DNA from: Octopus bimaculoides
Lineage: Eukaryota
Assembly: GCF_001194135.2 (NCBI RefSeq)
Contig: NC_068991.1
Location: 22,897,118-22,961,117, forward strand
DNA: 64,000 nucleotides
Direction: 5' to 3'
Part shown: in pieces, positions 33,761 to 47,869 of the stretch
Position numbering within the stretch: position 1 is the stretch's first letter
Layout of the letters: each line of letters begins with the position of its first letter
Notes under the pieces: model-generated
Told to the model about the DNA's origin: nothing
Database searches by the model: none
What the model saw: only the letters and a program-made list of their open reading frames with translations
Made by a program: the position numbers and the translations under genes

Positions 33761-36700
33761 GTTGGCAGAAACAGTAGAGCATCCAACAAAATGTCTAGCA
33801 TTATTTTAGTATTATCTTGCAATGTTCTGACTCTACTTGGTCCAACGTGCCTCTCACTACCAACATGGTCAATAGAATTAGCACCTTGCAAAACATCATT
33901 TTTACATAAATTTTCTATGCTTAGAATGGATTAGACAGTTTTGTCATCACAGGGCTTGATTATTTAATCAACTTGACATATTCTTAACTAATTTGTCACC
34001 TTGAACCAATTTCAGAAATCATTATTATCACTTGTGTTTATTGTAACTGATCCATTAGACATATCAATGATCATCCTGGGATTTTTTTTATGCTTAGTAG
34101 ATATCTATATCTAGTACTGTAATATCCAATATCTTTCCTTTTTTAAGATTAAATAGTGTGATTTGAGGGTAATTTGGCTCAGATTTCTAACAGGTCAAAG
34201 GACCATACAGAAACCCCTTTGCTAACTAAATTAATGAGCTTTTATTTTCATATAACGGCATGAGTTACATGGTTCTGTAATGTAATATGCATCTCAATCC
34301 TATGTCATGTATGCAAAATCTAATTTTCTAAGGTGTAATCTTCATTATTATTTTTCATCTACCTCAAGCTTATATATCTGCCAGTAACTGTTAGCATATA
34401 TCATCCATTCACATTACATGTCCATCCATTACCAGTGATTTTTTTCATCTATAGCTCAACCAATAGAGTGATTCTGATACTGATACTTTAAAAGAATTGT
34501 ACCAAACATATTACTTTACTTACAGGAAAACCAGATTATTGCCTACTAAATCTGCAATAAACTGACAAGTGGACATTGGCACATAATGGAAATAATAGAC
34601 ATGAAAAGCTAGGCATAATTTTACTTTTTTTATTCTAAGCACCATCAGTGTTTTACAATACTTTACTCTGTTGGCAGAGTTTGGTCTGTTAGTAGCTGAT
34701 ACATTTTTACTAGTGTTTGCCTATAAACTAAACTTGGCAAATCATGAAATAGAAACAGTAGCAAGTGGCTTTTATTTATTTTGTTTTTAATTGTATCTTT
34801 TTTTTTTTTATTGGTTGTCATTTGGCCCAAATCAGCCATGATTGAGGAGAACCATGATCAGATTCTCCAGCTGTGATCAGCTTGTGCTGATTTCAGAAAT
34901 CTTTATTTCAGCATAATATCTTGAAGACTACCAACTTAAAAAAGGAAGGATATTTTGGAATACATTATTCTAATGTACCCTTCCTGATTCAGGAAGATAG
35001 GATATAATTTGAAGGTAATTTGGCTCTATTTCTAACAGGTCAACAAACAATTGCATAAATGTTCCCTCACTGGCTTATATCTTTTCATTGTTTATTCAAC
35101 ATTGTACACTCTTGTGCAGAGTACTTTTAGCTTTCTTTGATTAGTAATCCAATCTCAGAACTAACGATCATTTAATCAGCTCTGCAAATGATAATAAAAT
35201 GATGTTAAGATCACAACAGGTATGTTCCAACCATTACCTTCAACAAAATTAGACATAGCTTACAGTAAACCAAATTACAAGGAATTAAAAAACTTCTACA
35301 ACATTTGCAGTACATTTATAAAAACAGAGTAAAGAAAGAAAAACAATGCACAGACTAACTAGGAAATTGAAAGATCCTACATATGGTCAACAGGAAGAAT
35401 AAAAAAAACAATACTAGTATACTAACAATACATTAGATGCCTGTCCTCAACCAAATCTCTTCCAAACAAACCACAATGAACTACATATTGAAAACTGCAC
35501 TTTGCACCAACACAATTTTTTTATCTTTTTATCTTTTATCCAAGGTCTCTGAAGAAGGGAAGAAGTAAAGTATCCTCAAATTGTGGCTCTGGCTTCAAAT
35601 GCGCACAACTGAGTGAACTCCACTAAAGGCCCCAGATATTGCCAGGTGGTAGTGTTAAACTAAGAGATTATATCTTCCATCCAAGGATTGGTACTTTTTC
35701 ATTGACTGGTACTATTCCAAGTATGTTCCATTTTCTTCAAGGCAAAAAGTCAGCTTGCATTAAATTATATCAACTGAACCTGTTTCCATCATTAACCACA
35801 AGGGTCTTTGATCAAAACAGTACAATATGCCTTCATTGTCACAACCAATTGCTAAATAACAACTCGAGACTATACAAAGCAACAAGAGAGCCTCTATGAG
35901 GTTGTTTGACCTACTGCAAATATCAGTTATCAAATATCCCTTCAATTATACCCTACTATTTTAAAAAAGGAAGGACATTTAATAATATAGTCCTAGGGGG
36001 AAAAATGCTGAATGATCACAGTTGGAATGCTGCTTTTGATCATAAGTCTGCTCAACCAGGGCCAACTGGTGATTAAACAATACTAGCCAAACATTATATG
36101 ACAACCAAACACTATTTAACAAAAAAAAATACTATATAGTAACCAAACACTCGTTATCATCTTCATTTAACATCTATTTCATACTGGCATAGGTCAGACA
36201 GTCTGACAGGATCTGACAAGCTGAAGGGCTGTACTGGGCTTCAGTGTCAGTTTTGGCATGTTTTCTATGGTTGGATGCCCTTCCTAACACCAACTACCTT
36301 ACAATGTGTACTGGGTGCCTTTTTTTTTTCTTTGCTTTTTTTTTTCCACTGGCACTAGTAGGTCATCGAGTAGGTTGCAGGATAGAAAGCAGTGGAAAAG
36401 GGAAAAAGGAAAAAGCCACTAGGAATGGAGATGGAAGGAAGCTTTATGCCAGTTGCTGAGAGGCTAAAGCAAAAAATATTATATAATAACCAAATACTAA
36501 ATAACAGCTAAACAAGATATAACACTACATAGTGTGGAATATTCTAAGAATGACATTCTTAAAAAGGTAAAATTAAGTCTTTGGTAAACTGTTATCTGGA
36601 AAGAAAAGGGGGGGGGGGCAGAATGGTCATGGCAAGGGTGCTTCTGACCATAAATTAACTCAATCAGGCTGACCTAGGGTGAAACAATAAGAACAGATAC

Positions 36701-38149
36701 AACAAGGTGTTTGGTATATTTTTGATCAGACTAAAATTTGGCATATTCATGATATTGATCAAAACAGGTTTCTGCTCTCAAGCACACAATCAGCTTATTC
36801 TTATACCAGAGACCTATCTCAGCAGAATCAACCAAAGTTCTTTCCATGTCAATGATAGCAACAACATGATTCAAACTGAAACTTTTTCTTTTCTTTTTTT
36901 TTAAATAAGACACAGAACAGTTATCAATAATCTATAAGTGATTTAATCTCTCACTCTAAAACCACTATTTATCAAAGTATAAAAACTCTTAAATTGATTA
37001 CATTTGAACGAAACAATTTTCTGACGACTATTGTCCAAAACAGAGTTCATAAATGGGAAACTAGTAGTGAATAAACTACAAAAAGCAGATTGAAGTTGAT
37101 TAGATTAAGTATTTTTGATATTCAAAAGAACAGCAGAAGCCAAAAAAGACTGGTTACAACCAGATAGGAGAACATTACAACAGTTCAATTGTTCAACAGT
37201 GTAATGTTCAATTCTAAATCAATTGTGATCAAACACTTCATTCTGTTACTATTTCAACTACTACTACTATTATGATCATTATCATTTTTATAATTATTAA
37301 TATTATTATCATTATCATTATTTCATTGTCATTATTTGGCCAAATGCCTGTGTAAGTTTTGAGGCTGAAATGTTAATTCTATTAAACATTTCACAGTCCA
37401 CAGCAGCTGGCAGAAGCATGTAATATATATTTATATGTGTGTGCATGTATGTATTAGAATCTCTGAAGAATTCTCCAAGATTCCAACATCAACTACATGT
37501 GTGTGTATGTGTGTATACATGTATGTGTGTGTATATATATATGTGTATGCATGTATGTATGTGTGTGTGTATATATATGTGTGTGTGTATGTGTGTGTGC
37601 ATGTGCATATATATGTATATAAAACCTCATTCAATATCCTTGTTCCATATTTAAACTTGACCATGCATTTCCATTACTTCAAGTTTCTTACCAAGTGGCA
37701 AACACCAGAAGGTGTGTCAAAACTAAAGACCACTTCCAATATTCAGTATTGCAAATATCAAATATTTCACAGTTGATGCATCATTTGATGACTACCATTT
37801 GGCATGAAACTTGAAGTAATGGAAGTCAACAATAACTATAATATATATANNNNNNNNNNTATATATATGTATTCACCAGACTACCAGCTGCTTTTATACA
37901 CCATTGGTAACAATGAGCTTTACATGGTTTTAGCTTTTAAATGATGCTACCCTATCAGTTAGGTGGGCAGGCTAACATTCACCCAGAATGGAATGCCAGT
38001 CCATCACAGGGTTACCCATTTACAGCTGAGCAGACTGAAGCAACATGAAATGATTATTTTTGCTCAAAAGCCCAATGTATCATTGGTGTGGTGATCAAAA
38101 CCATGATCTTGTAATTATGAGTGCAACACCCTAACCACTAGGCCACAGA

Positions 38150-38186
<37 letters not shown>

Positions 38187-41100
38187 CAAGTAAAGTTTCC
38201 GTTGAATCTGGTCTTCAACTCTCAGTTGTAAAAAAATCTGTTGTTTCACTTACAGCATTCCTGTCTTTGAGCAGATTACCCAGATAGATAGCTGCAATCA
38301 AGAAAGGTCAATTAACTGCCTATTTACAGCACCAATATATAGTCAATAAATATACTTTTAACTATATATACACTTTTGTTAATGAATGGACACTTTCATG
38401 TCCACACCTACTTATAGTATTTAATATGATACAAGTTACTTGACCTGCTAAAAATAGCAACCAAACCTCCCTCAAATCACACTCCACAATCTTTAATAAA
38501 GAAAAGACACATTAGATAATGTAGTCCTGGACATACAACCAAAAAGCTAGGATGGTCATGGCTGGAATCCTTTTGATCATAGGTCTGCTTGATTAGAGTT
38601 GATCTGGGCTAGGGTCCCTGTTGGTCAAGAGTGACCATGCATCTGCACATGTGCAGACTTAGGCCAGATTTATTAGGAAAGACTTGCAGTAACCAATTCA
38701 TGCAAGTCTCCCTTCTCCGTGCCACCAATTTTTATCCAAAAGAAAGGCCACTGACTTAGGCCAATACAACCTGACATCATTCTTATTACAGGTGTTGCTA
38801 CTAGAATGTACAAAGCAGAACAAATACTGCAAAATATTTTGCCTGTTCCACGAACAGTTTCACCAATCCACTACTCTGGATTGATACTTTCTATAAACCC
38901 CAAAATGATGAGAGCGAAGTTGACCTCTCCAGGATTTGAACTCAGAGCACAGTCAAACTAAATATCATGAAGCATCCTATCTAAAGCTCTATCAACTCTA
39001 TCCAGATCTGAGTTAAGCCACAACTTAATACAGTAATAATCATTGATGACAGTATATGAACCAATCAGCTAGCATCTAGAAAGCTTTCTATTCAATCTGT
39101 TGAAATCTCTCTTCATCAAGTGAAATTTCTCAGTAAACTATCTCCAGTCTTTAAATTAGAGATTATAAAGTTTCAAGTGAGAAGATAGACAACCAGAATT
39201 TCAAGAAAGTTGACTGCAATAGACAAAATGACTATTCAACTGTTTACCAACATAGAATGATTCTAATTCTGTTCTCACTTACAAGGATGCATAGGGCTGA
39301 TTAGTGTTCATTTTCTGACCTTTGTACCAACACGGATGCATTCATGTGATCCCTCAACTTACTAGGAATAACAATGAAATGGCTCTCAAACCACATCCAC
39401 TCTAAAAAAAAGAGAAAGACAATAGATTATGTAGCCCTATGACTACAAAAAAAAATGGGATGGAGAAAGCTGGAAAGCTTTTGCTCAAAGATTTGCTTGA
39501 TTAGGATTGACCTAAAGCTAAACAAGTAGAATTTAGAGCTAGGTAGACTAATTTCCCTGACCAAAGTCACACAATGCTTTGGTTACAAGATATAGACAGC
39601 CAGCTAAATTGCCCAGTACCCTGAGGGGAGAAAGTGTTGTTATTTTTTTAACACTTTTTATTCCTGATCAGCTATCTCAATAAGCTATACTTGAAATAGG
39701 TTGACTCCAGTTTTCATCAACTTTTCATTTGACATAAAAATAAACTACAACAAGCAATACAATTTACAACAGAAGTGAAATGTGAAGCAAACTTACAAAC
39801 AAAATGATAGTGAGTGTGCTCCAGCAAGGCTGTAACCATTTGATATAAACTAACTAAATGAAACTAAACGAAACGTGAAACTAAATTCAACAAAAACAAA
39901 AATATATTTGCTTCTATAACAACAACATCAATAAGACTACAATTTATTAGTCTAAAGCATCATGCAAGAGAAACAGTTCCGTTACCATTGCCAGAAATAT
40001 GCACCAATTTGGACATTTCAACCCAAGGGCAACATATTCAACACCTGTAAGTTAATAGAAAAACCAACCTTTAATTCATTACATCATATCAAATTCCTTC
40101 AGACGTCTTTTAAAAGAATATATAAAATGCAATCTTGAGAGGCTGATGAGTAGTTCCACAATATTTAAGCAGATGAACAAATTTCACTCAGGATAGGGTT
40201 CCAGTCTTTATAACAAGTCATAAAACAGTCATGTGTTTCCACAAGTGAGGTAGTGTAAAATATCCTGTACAAAGACACATCAAAGAGCACACAAAGGATG
40301 TGAGCTAAAAACAAAGAAGTTAGTAATCTTAATCTTAGTTTTTCAGCCATTCTAACTTTACAAAAAGATGCCAATGTCAGAGCCTTTAAGTGTCCACTCA
40401 ACCTGCTAGAAATAGTAAATAGTCCTCACAAATCACACCCTACCAATCATTAAGAAAGACAGTTTAATGGAATGACAAATTGAATACATTTGATCATAAG
40501 TCAGTTCAATCAGCCATGACCTGAGATCAAAAAACAACCCTTACAAAATAATGTATAAACATTGTCAGAAAACCTGTCACCTGATTCCAATAGCCAAAAT
40601 GAACCAAGGCAATGTAAAATTAAATAGTCCACTAATCATTCTATCCTTACAAAATAATAGTTTCTAATTTGAGCACAAGACCAGCAATCTTAGGAGGTTA
40701 TTGGTCAATACCATTAACCCCAGTATTAGAGTGGTATCTTATTTCATCAACCCCACTGATGGATGTGAGACAAAGTTATCCTTGGTAGTATTTGAACTCA
40801 GAAAGAGATGAAAGAAAAACTGCAAAGCAATTTTTTCAACACCTTAATGATTTTCGCCAATCCACCATCCTTACAGAAATGGAATGTGATCATTTCTATC
40901 ACTGTTTTGTCATACTGGCTTACAATGCATTTACACAAAACATATCCTATCTACAAACTTTTAACATCTTTTAACTATTAGTTAGTTAGTCTGATGAATA
41001 ATGGGAGGTGCTGGTTGACACTTTAGTATAGCCTCATGCCAGCCCTGTTTGAGCAATCTTATGGCATGCCAGAAGTCAATAAAAGAAGAAAAAAAACTAG

Positions 41101-43938
41101 ATGCAATACATAGAGCCTTTTTTTCTTGTTATACCATGTCTCTACTCAGTTGAGGGCAAGACTGCACGCTCCAACAAGCAGTGATAAATAAGTATAGAGT
41201 GCAGTGTGACAGCCCAGAAATGTATTATCTCCACAGTCCAGTTTATTTCTACACACCTGTGGATTCTGCAGCAGCCATGGAAACGCAGACAAGAGATTCT
41301 TTCTAGACTGGTGGAGACAGCTGGCCAAGTAAATAGGACACTAGGTTAAAAATTTATACCCTGTCATCCAACTATTTTATGGCCTCAAAGCATTAAACTC
41401 TCAAAAGCTCAGCAGATCTATGTGCAAGTATGTATCACATTGTTGAAACAACTCACAACTGTAAACACCAATAATAATATAACATTGATGTGATTATCAT
41501 TAACTTCACCTTCAGTGCTGAGTTAAACTCCTCCTGGGGCTTGTACAGCTTGGAGAGAGATAGGTTCCACTGCTAAACTTATCTGATCCAGATACAATAT
41601 ATGAAATTGTTGCTATTGTAGTTTAGCTCCAAATCAACCCTAATTGAGTTGATCTTTGATCAAAGACATTTAAGCCATGATTATGCTTCTTTTTTCAGGC
41701 AGTAGTGTACCCCAGACTATATTATCCAATGTGTCCTTTCTTTTTAAGATGGTATGGTTTGGTTTGTAGGAGATTTTAGTCATTATTTCTAGCAACTAAA
41801 TTTTCCTCAATGATCATGTTTGAGACCCCATCATAGAGCTGAATAGAATCTCAACATTCTTATTGATTATGGGACTTGCCACTGAATGGTAAGGCTAACT
41901 ATTATACAGTCACTGTGATTAATATCCTGTTTGAATTGTAATTGGAATACATGGGTAGACTGGAATACATAGGTGATTAAGAAGTCCTAGAAGATTGCAG
42001 CTCTGAAGAGAAGGATTGAGAAAGAAATATTTACATAAAGGGGTTCAGAGCTGAGATATAATGAGAGAAAAAATGGCAGAAAGAGAACAGAGGAAAAAGG
42101 AGGCGCATAAAAGAGATTTATGTTCAGGCAGTATGCAGTCAGTATGTTCAAAAAACAAAAATCATTGTCATTATAGCAAAAGAAACAGAAGCACTCAGTG
42201 GTTGATTGGTGGAAAATTTAAATCTGAGTAAATGAAATAAATGAATGTGAAAAGGTAGGCGAAATGTCACTGGAAATTAGCTGCCTGGAATGTTAGAATT
42301 TAATCTGAAGGTAGAATGGTCTAATAAGTCTATTAAGTCACTGACTCACTATTTAGATTACCAGCTGCAGTTGACTCATAGCAAGAGAAGGATATAGACA
42401 GATCAGACATGATGAATGAAAATTGGAATGAAAATGAACAAGTTAGAGCTACTGGGTCTTGTGTTCTGGACAGAACAAGTTCAAACAAGCAAAACAAAAG
42501 TAAATATCAAGGGTATTATGGAATTTTAACAACAGATGTTACCTAGAACAAAATGAGTGCAATGTAAGCAGCTACAAAATAAACCTATAACAGATCAGAA
42601 ACATATAAAATAAAGAGAAAAAAAAACCTCATAAATTTAATGCGTATTCTTATTGTATCTGAGATTACAATGGATTTAAAGGAAATACCAGATAAACTAA
42701 CAAGGATTATCTCGAGGTTTTTTTTTTTTTCACATTTATTCTATCTGTAAGGCCTCATAGTGGGGCAAAGTTACAGAGTGAGTTATAACGTTTCAGTTAG
42801 AGAATATACAGTTTTATAGTATTTCAGCAATGCCTCACATATCCCATATTTTATATCACAATTTCGTTGTACAGTCGGTTACAAGGTTTCCAGTGGGCTA
42901 ATAACACAGCTTCACTGCACTTCTGATGAGAATGACAAGGAAAAGTCCATAAATCCAATGCAAAACAAATATCTCAAAGGATTTTGTTTATAAAAGCGTT
43001 TATTTTCTTAGCTTTTTCACCACTATTTATATTCTCCACTGAAATACATCAAGAAAACATTATAAACACACATATATAAGCATCATATATTATATATTTA
43101 TGCAGGCATGGCTGTATGGTAGGAGATTTGCTTCTCAAACATATGGCTTTGGATTCAGGGTTCAGTCCCACTGCATGGCATCACTGACAAGTGTCTTCTG
43201 CTATAGTTCCGTGGCAACCAAAGCTTTATGAATGGATCTGGTAGATGGAAATTGAAAGAACCTAGTATTGTGTGTATATGTGTGCACACATGCATGTGTG
43301 TGTATACAGAAATATGTGTGTGTGTGTGCACGTTATCCACTATATATTTATACAGATGATTCTTTATGATTTCTATATCAACATAAACTAGTTGAAAGGA
43401 ATATTTCCTTTTAAAGTTTTCTTCATTTTCCAACAGAGGAGAAAAACAGTTTTTGTTTTTTTTCTATTTTGGTATATGAAAAGCTTAGAGTGAACCAAAA
43501 GAGGTTATTGTTATGTGGGTGACATCAGTGAGTTCAAACATCTTGTCTTCAGTGCTGCAGCAGTACTAAAGGCCATAGATTTTTTTGGTGAAGAATAGCC
43601 AATTATATCGATTCTAGTAGTTGACTGGTACTCATTTTATCAACCCTGGAAGAAGGAAATTTGAACTTGGAATATAAAGATACTTAACTAAACATCACAA
43701 GGCATTTTGTCCTACAATCTATTGATTCTGCTAATCTACTGCAGTACTAATGTTACTACCCACATATATATAAAGGATCAGGCATAGTATATAGATGGCT
43801 GTGTAATAAGAAGCTTGCTTCCCAACCTTGTTGTCTTGGGCTCAGTCCAAATGCATGGCATCTTAAGCAAATGTCTTCTACTATAGCCCTAGGCAAACCA
43901 AAACCTTGAGTGGATTGAGTAGACAAACTGAAAGAAGC

Positions 43939-43997
<59 letters not shown>

Positions 43998-43998
43998 C

Positions 43999-44029
<31 letters not shown>

Positions 44030-44588
44030 TGCGTGCATTTGTCTCTTCTTGTCTTGACATTGTGTAGTGTTTATAAAATGATTGTCACTGTCATTCTTTT
44101 CCAGAATTATGCAAGAATATGTCTGGTCATGGGGAAATATGTTGCTTGGAAGCAAGTGAGGGCATCTGACCATAGAAAAAAAATCTGCCTCAATAAACTC
44201 TATCTGACCTGTGTAATCATGGAAAAGTGGACATTAAAACAATGATTTTTATGATGCACAACGACTGTGAGGTAACGGTACTGAACTACTGACTGGAAAA
44301 GAATAATGCAAGCCTTATTACAACCATTATGTTGTTCTTAAATATACACTCTTACATTGCTTTTCTTGATTCAGTTTGTTTTAACTGAAACTAAGTGCCA
44401 CTCTCACTAAATAGTTGAATAGTTAGTAATAGGAGAAACAAGTAGACATTAAATATATTGTGCACTATCAAAGTTTATAGAGTCCTTTGTTCCACCCTAG
44501 AAAGGAAAGTAAATGTAGGTAAAAACTAATAATATAATTCATAATTTCTTTGTCTTGATCCTCGGTGACTCCTGACGTAAGTATAAAA

Positions 44589-44844
44589 CAGTGGTTCTCA
44601 ACCATTTTTTACCTATGGACTCCTTTAATTCCTATTTTTATTAGGGTGGACCCTCGTGGTCATTTGATGTTTCAAAGAAACCTTATTGTATATTCATAAT
44701 TGAAGATTATTAGGAATTGTACAAAAAATTGTTAAAATATTTTGTGTATTGTGGAAGTATAACCAATTTATTACACATTAATTTTAAGAACAAAATCTTA
44801 TACGAGCCCTTAAGTGTCATACGGACCCTAGTTGAGAACTACTA
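44589..44844. mobile_element. hAT (Charlie-type) MITE
   Basis: Left TIR CAGTGGTTCTCAACC; degenerate right TIR AGTTGAGAACTACTA; imperfect 8-bp TSD GTATAAAA / GCATAAAG. Confidence 0.7.
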
Positions 44845-45240
44845 GCATAAAGGATGAGTAGAACAGCTAGGGTGTCTCAGTAGGCTGTAGAAAGCAGAGA
44901 ATGAAACCTAATACATCTAAAACTAGCCATAACAGGTGGAGAAAGGGTGAAAGAGCTTTTTAAAACATACTTAACTTTTTTAATACTAATTTATCTGATA
45001 TTGTTCATACTAAAGTGTCTGTATTTAAATTAAAATCTCAAACGAAATCTCATAACACGAAACTTCATTTGTTCAACATTGAGATAGTATATATATTCCA
45101 AGTTAGATATTTATTACTAAACCTCTCATAAATCTTAACTGTACAGAAAAAATAACTGAATACGCAAACAGTATATTCATTGGGATGTTGTCTTGCAAGG
45201 ATTAACGATAAGAACAGACATGCCTAATGTAGGAACCTTG

Positions 45241-45445
45241 AATATTCTTTCCTACTCTAGGAACAAGGTCCGAAATTTTGGGGGAGGGGGCCAGTCGATT
45301 AGATCGACCCTAGTACGCAACTGGTACTTAATGTATCAAACCTTGAAAGGATGAAAGGCAAAGTCGACCTCGGCGGAATTTGAACTCAGAACGTAAAGAC
45401 AGACGAAATACCGCTAAGCATTTCGCTCGGCGTGCTAACGTTTCT
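45241..45445 (-). mobile_element. Young Nin/Deu-domain-like SINE (5' end slightly truncated)
   Basis: CpG-retaining copy: GTTCTGAGTTCAAATTCCGCCGAGGTCGACTTTGCCTTTCATCCTTTC...GGGTCGATCTAATCGAC. Other copies near 4290-4470, 35550-35770, 38780-39000, 40660-40870, 43560-43740 and 61300-61520. Confidence 0.8.
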
Positions 45446-45538
45446 AGACAAATAGGGTTGGTTGAGTATAAACTTCAGTGGTGTAACAAAGGCATGTCAC
45501 TTCTGATCTATGAAGTATTGAGGACGAATAGGAAAATC

Positions 45539-45751
45539 GGTACTACTAAAGCAGCGCGGACCCGAATGCGCAGTCGCGTGTCCGCGCTAGCTAGTCGTGA
45601 GTGGTCGATCCTAACCCTAACCACGTATTCATTTGCACACGCGGGTTAGGGATAGGGTTAGAGTTAGGGTTAGGGTTAGGATCGACCACTCGAGACTAGC
45701 TAGCGCGGACGCGCGACTGCGTGTTCGGGTCCGCGCTGCTTTAGTAGTACC
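45539..45751. mobile_element. 213-bp MITE with 84-bp TIRs, 9-bp TSD and internal telomeric (TTAGGG)n
   Basis: TSD AGGAAAATC at 45530-45538 and 45752-45760. TIRs at 45539-45622 and 45668-45751 begin GGTACTACTAAAGCAGCGCGG and differ at 5 positions. CCTAACCCTAACC at 45610-45622; (GGGTTA)-like run at 45643-45680. Confidence 0.93.
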
Positions 45752-46169
45752 AGGAAAATCTTTGTCGACTATCATGATTTTAAAACATATCAGAATCTAC
45801 TGAACTAACTCCAAATCATGGCTAAATCCATTAAAGAAGAGCAAACTTAAACTCTAAAGCAAAAAGAAAACAAAAATCTGAATGTGTACAATTATAAAGA
45901 TGCAAAATGGCAACATGGATAGGGAAGGTGCTGAGATAATAAACTCATGGTTCAGAAGTTCATGTTTTCAAATTCACAACAGACGTTTAACTATGTATAT
46001 GTGCAGGGCACTACTATAATAATGAGCTTATTATACACCGTACTCATGTGCACCATAACTCGTTTGAAAACGGTGAAAGAGGAGACAAAAAAAAAGCAGC
46101 AATGGGTCCAGTAAAGAAAGCAATAAAAGCCAAAATTTACATGCACAGTACACAGCGTAAAACACGAAA

Positions 46170-46520
46170 CGACAGGGAAAAAGTCAGGAGGAAGAAAGAC
46201 ATGTCGAGAGAAGTGTTGAATTTCGTAAAGCATAGAATATTTGAAGGATGCAATGTCTTGACAACTAACAACTGACACGAATCGTTTGTTCCATGCTTTG
46301 ACAATTCAAAGAGTGCAAAAATGTTTCTGAAAGTTACGGGTGCTGCAATATTTTTGATTTTGTATGTACAAGTATTGAATTCAAAAAGATGGCCAGAGTT
46401 GTTGTCGGAAAGATGGTTGATAATCTTGTGGGATTTGATAATCAGCTGCTAAACATCAAAGCTTGAAGTGTATCGATGATCAGAGAAGCAAGATATTCAA
46501 ATATGGTAACTGACGGAGGG
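46170..46520 (-). mobile_element. CR1-clade LINE 3' remnant
   Basis: Minus strand ...YKIKKYCSTRNFQKHF...IVKAWNK...SVVSCQDIASFK resembles the CR1 ORF2 C-terminus (RGH.YK......R.HFF..RV...WN.LP..VV......FK). Confidence 0.55.
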
Positions 46521-47172
46521 TATTCGTTTAGTTGAGCGTCTCCAAACAGCTTCCCGCAGATCGATATCGTGGACAAGATGACTGAATCAGTAAAACAACG
46601 AGCAAAATATGTGGTATTTGATTATGCTTCTGTAAGTTTTGCGTTCGAATCCTGCTCAGGTTGATTTCGCCTTTCATCTTTCTGAGGTCGCAGAAAATCT
46701 AACACCGGTCAAGCAACTGGAGTCGATATAATCGAATATGCCCTTGAAGATGACACACCAACATAGATGATTTTCATTCTTGCCTGCCTACACACACGCG
46801 TGCGCGTACTTTTGTTCGTAAGTGCATTATAGGAATAAATATAAATACATCTACATAAACTGGTATGTATGTGTACACACCATGCATGCATTCATTACAG
46901 AGAGAGAGAGAGAGATTCCTATTCAAATACGATAAACACAAAACCATATAAATGAAAATACATACAGAAATGAACACATATACACACAAACACAAATAAT
47001 ATACATACACACATACATACATACATACGTATACATACACAAACAGGCAAACGTACAAGCAAAATCAAACGCAACACACACACACACACACACACACTAA
47101 CACATAAACCCACACGTACAACAAAATTGTCACGTTCACACACTAACACATACATACATACATCACACTCAC

Positions 47173-47435
47173 CAAATTCACTTACACATATGTACGTATA
47201 TTACTTGTACTGAGACGTTGCTGCCCGAATTTGCAGGTTAAAATACAATACAGAGATGATAGCATAAAACTACTACAACTAAAATGCCTAAAAGCTGTTA
47301 ATCAATAACTTCTTTAAAAAAAAAAAAGTAAACGAATGAAATGCGTAATAAAAAAAAAAAAGGAAAAACAACCCAATAGATAAACTTTAATTAGTGTAAA
47401 GGAAAAAAGTGAAAGATAGTGGGGGCGGCCGTTGA
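47173..47435 (-). promoter_or_regulatory. Candidate AFTPH promoter / non-coding first exon
   Basis: GC-box GGGGGCGG at ~47421-47428 in a region that visibly retains CpGs (~45.2-47.45 kb). Two consensus donors on the minus strand: GT|GTAAGT (exon end 47186) and TG|GTGAGT (exon end 47173). The coding exon at 24722 needs an upstream exon. Inference only. Confidence 0.3.
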
Positions 47436-47536
47436 TTGTATTCTGTGTATACTAGTGTGACATATGGCAGAAACTAGTATTAACAGCTGCAGGCAAATGG
47501 AGGCAAACTTGGCTGAAATGCTTACTGAAGATGTAG

Positions 47537-47579
<43 letters not shown>

Positions 47580-47759
47580 TGAGAGAAAAAGGTGAAACAA
47601 TTAGATCAATGGGTGCAGTTTGGGAATACCTATCACCACTTCATAGGGGAAAGAAAATAGTACGAAATGAGGTTGAGGAATGTAAAAAAAAATACTAAGT
47701 TTTAAACACCAACTGTTGGATTCTTTATAACAGACACATGCATGGGTACATGCATACAT

Positions 47760-47837
47760 AGTTATACACACACACACACACATATATACGTATGTTTATA
47801 CACACACACACACACACACACATATACGTATGTCTAT

Positions 47838-47869
<32 letters not shown>

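Noticed and set aside
33348-33891. Long ORFs rich in L/P/S/F or R/G/E/K
   Set aside because: They are translations of the 14-bp purine minisatellite; the non-repetitive part has no recognisable homology.
40165-41328. Short complex-looking ORFs (40165..40401, 41146..41328; similarly 52860..53054)
   Set aside because: No recognisable domains, no consistent splice phases, and they overlap repeat fragments.
42839-43038. Possible non-coding AFTPH exon (good minus-strand acceptor at 43040, weak donor AT|GTGAGG)
   Set aside because: Only splice-like signals, with no transcript evidence; such matches arise by chance in a 22-kb intron.
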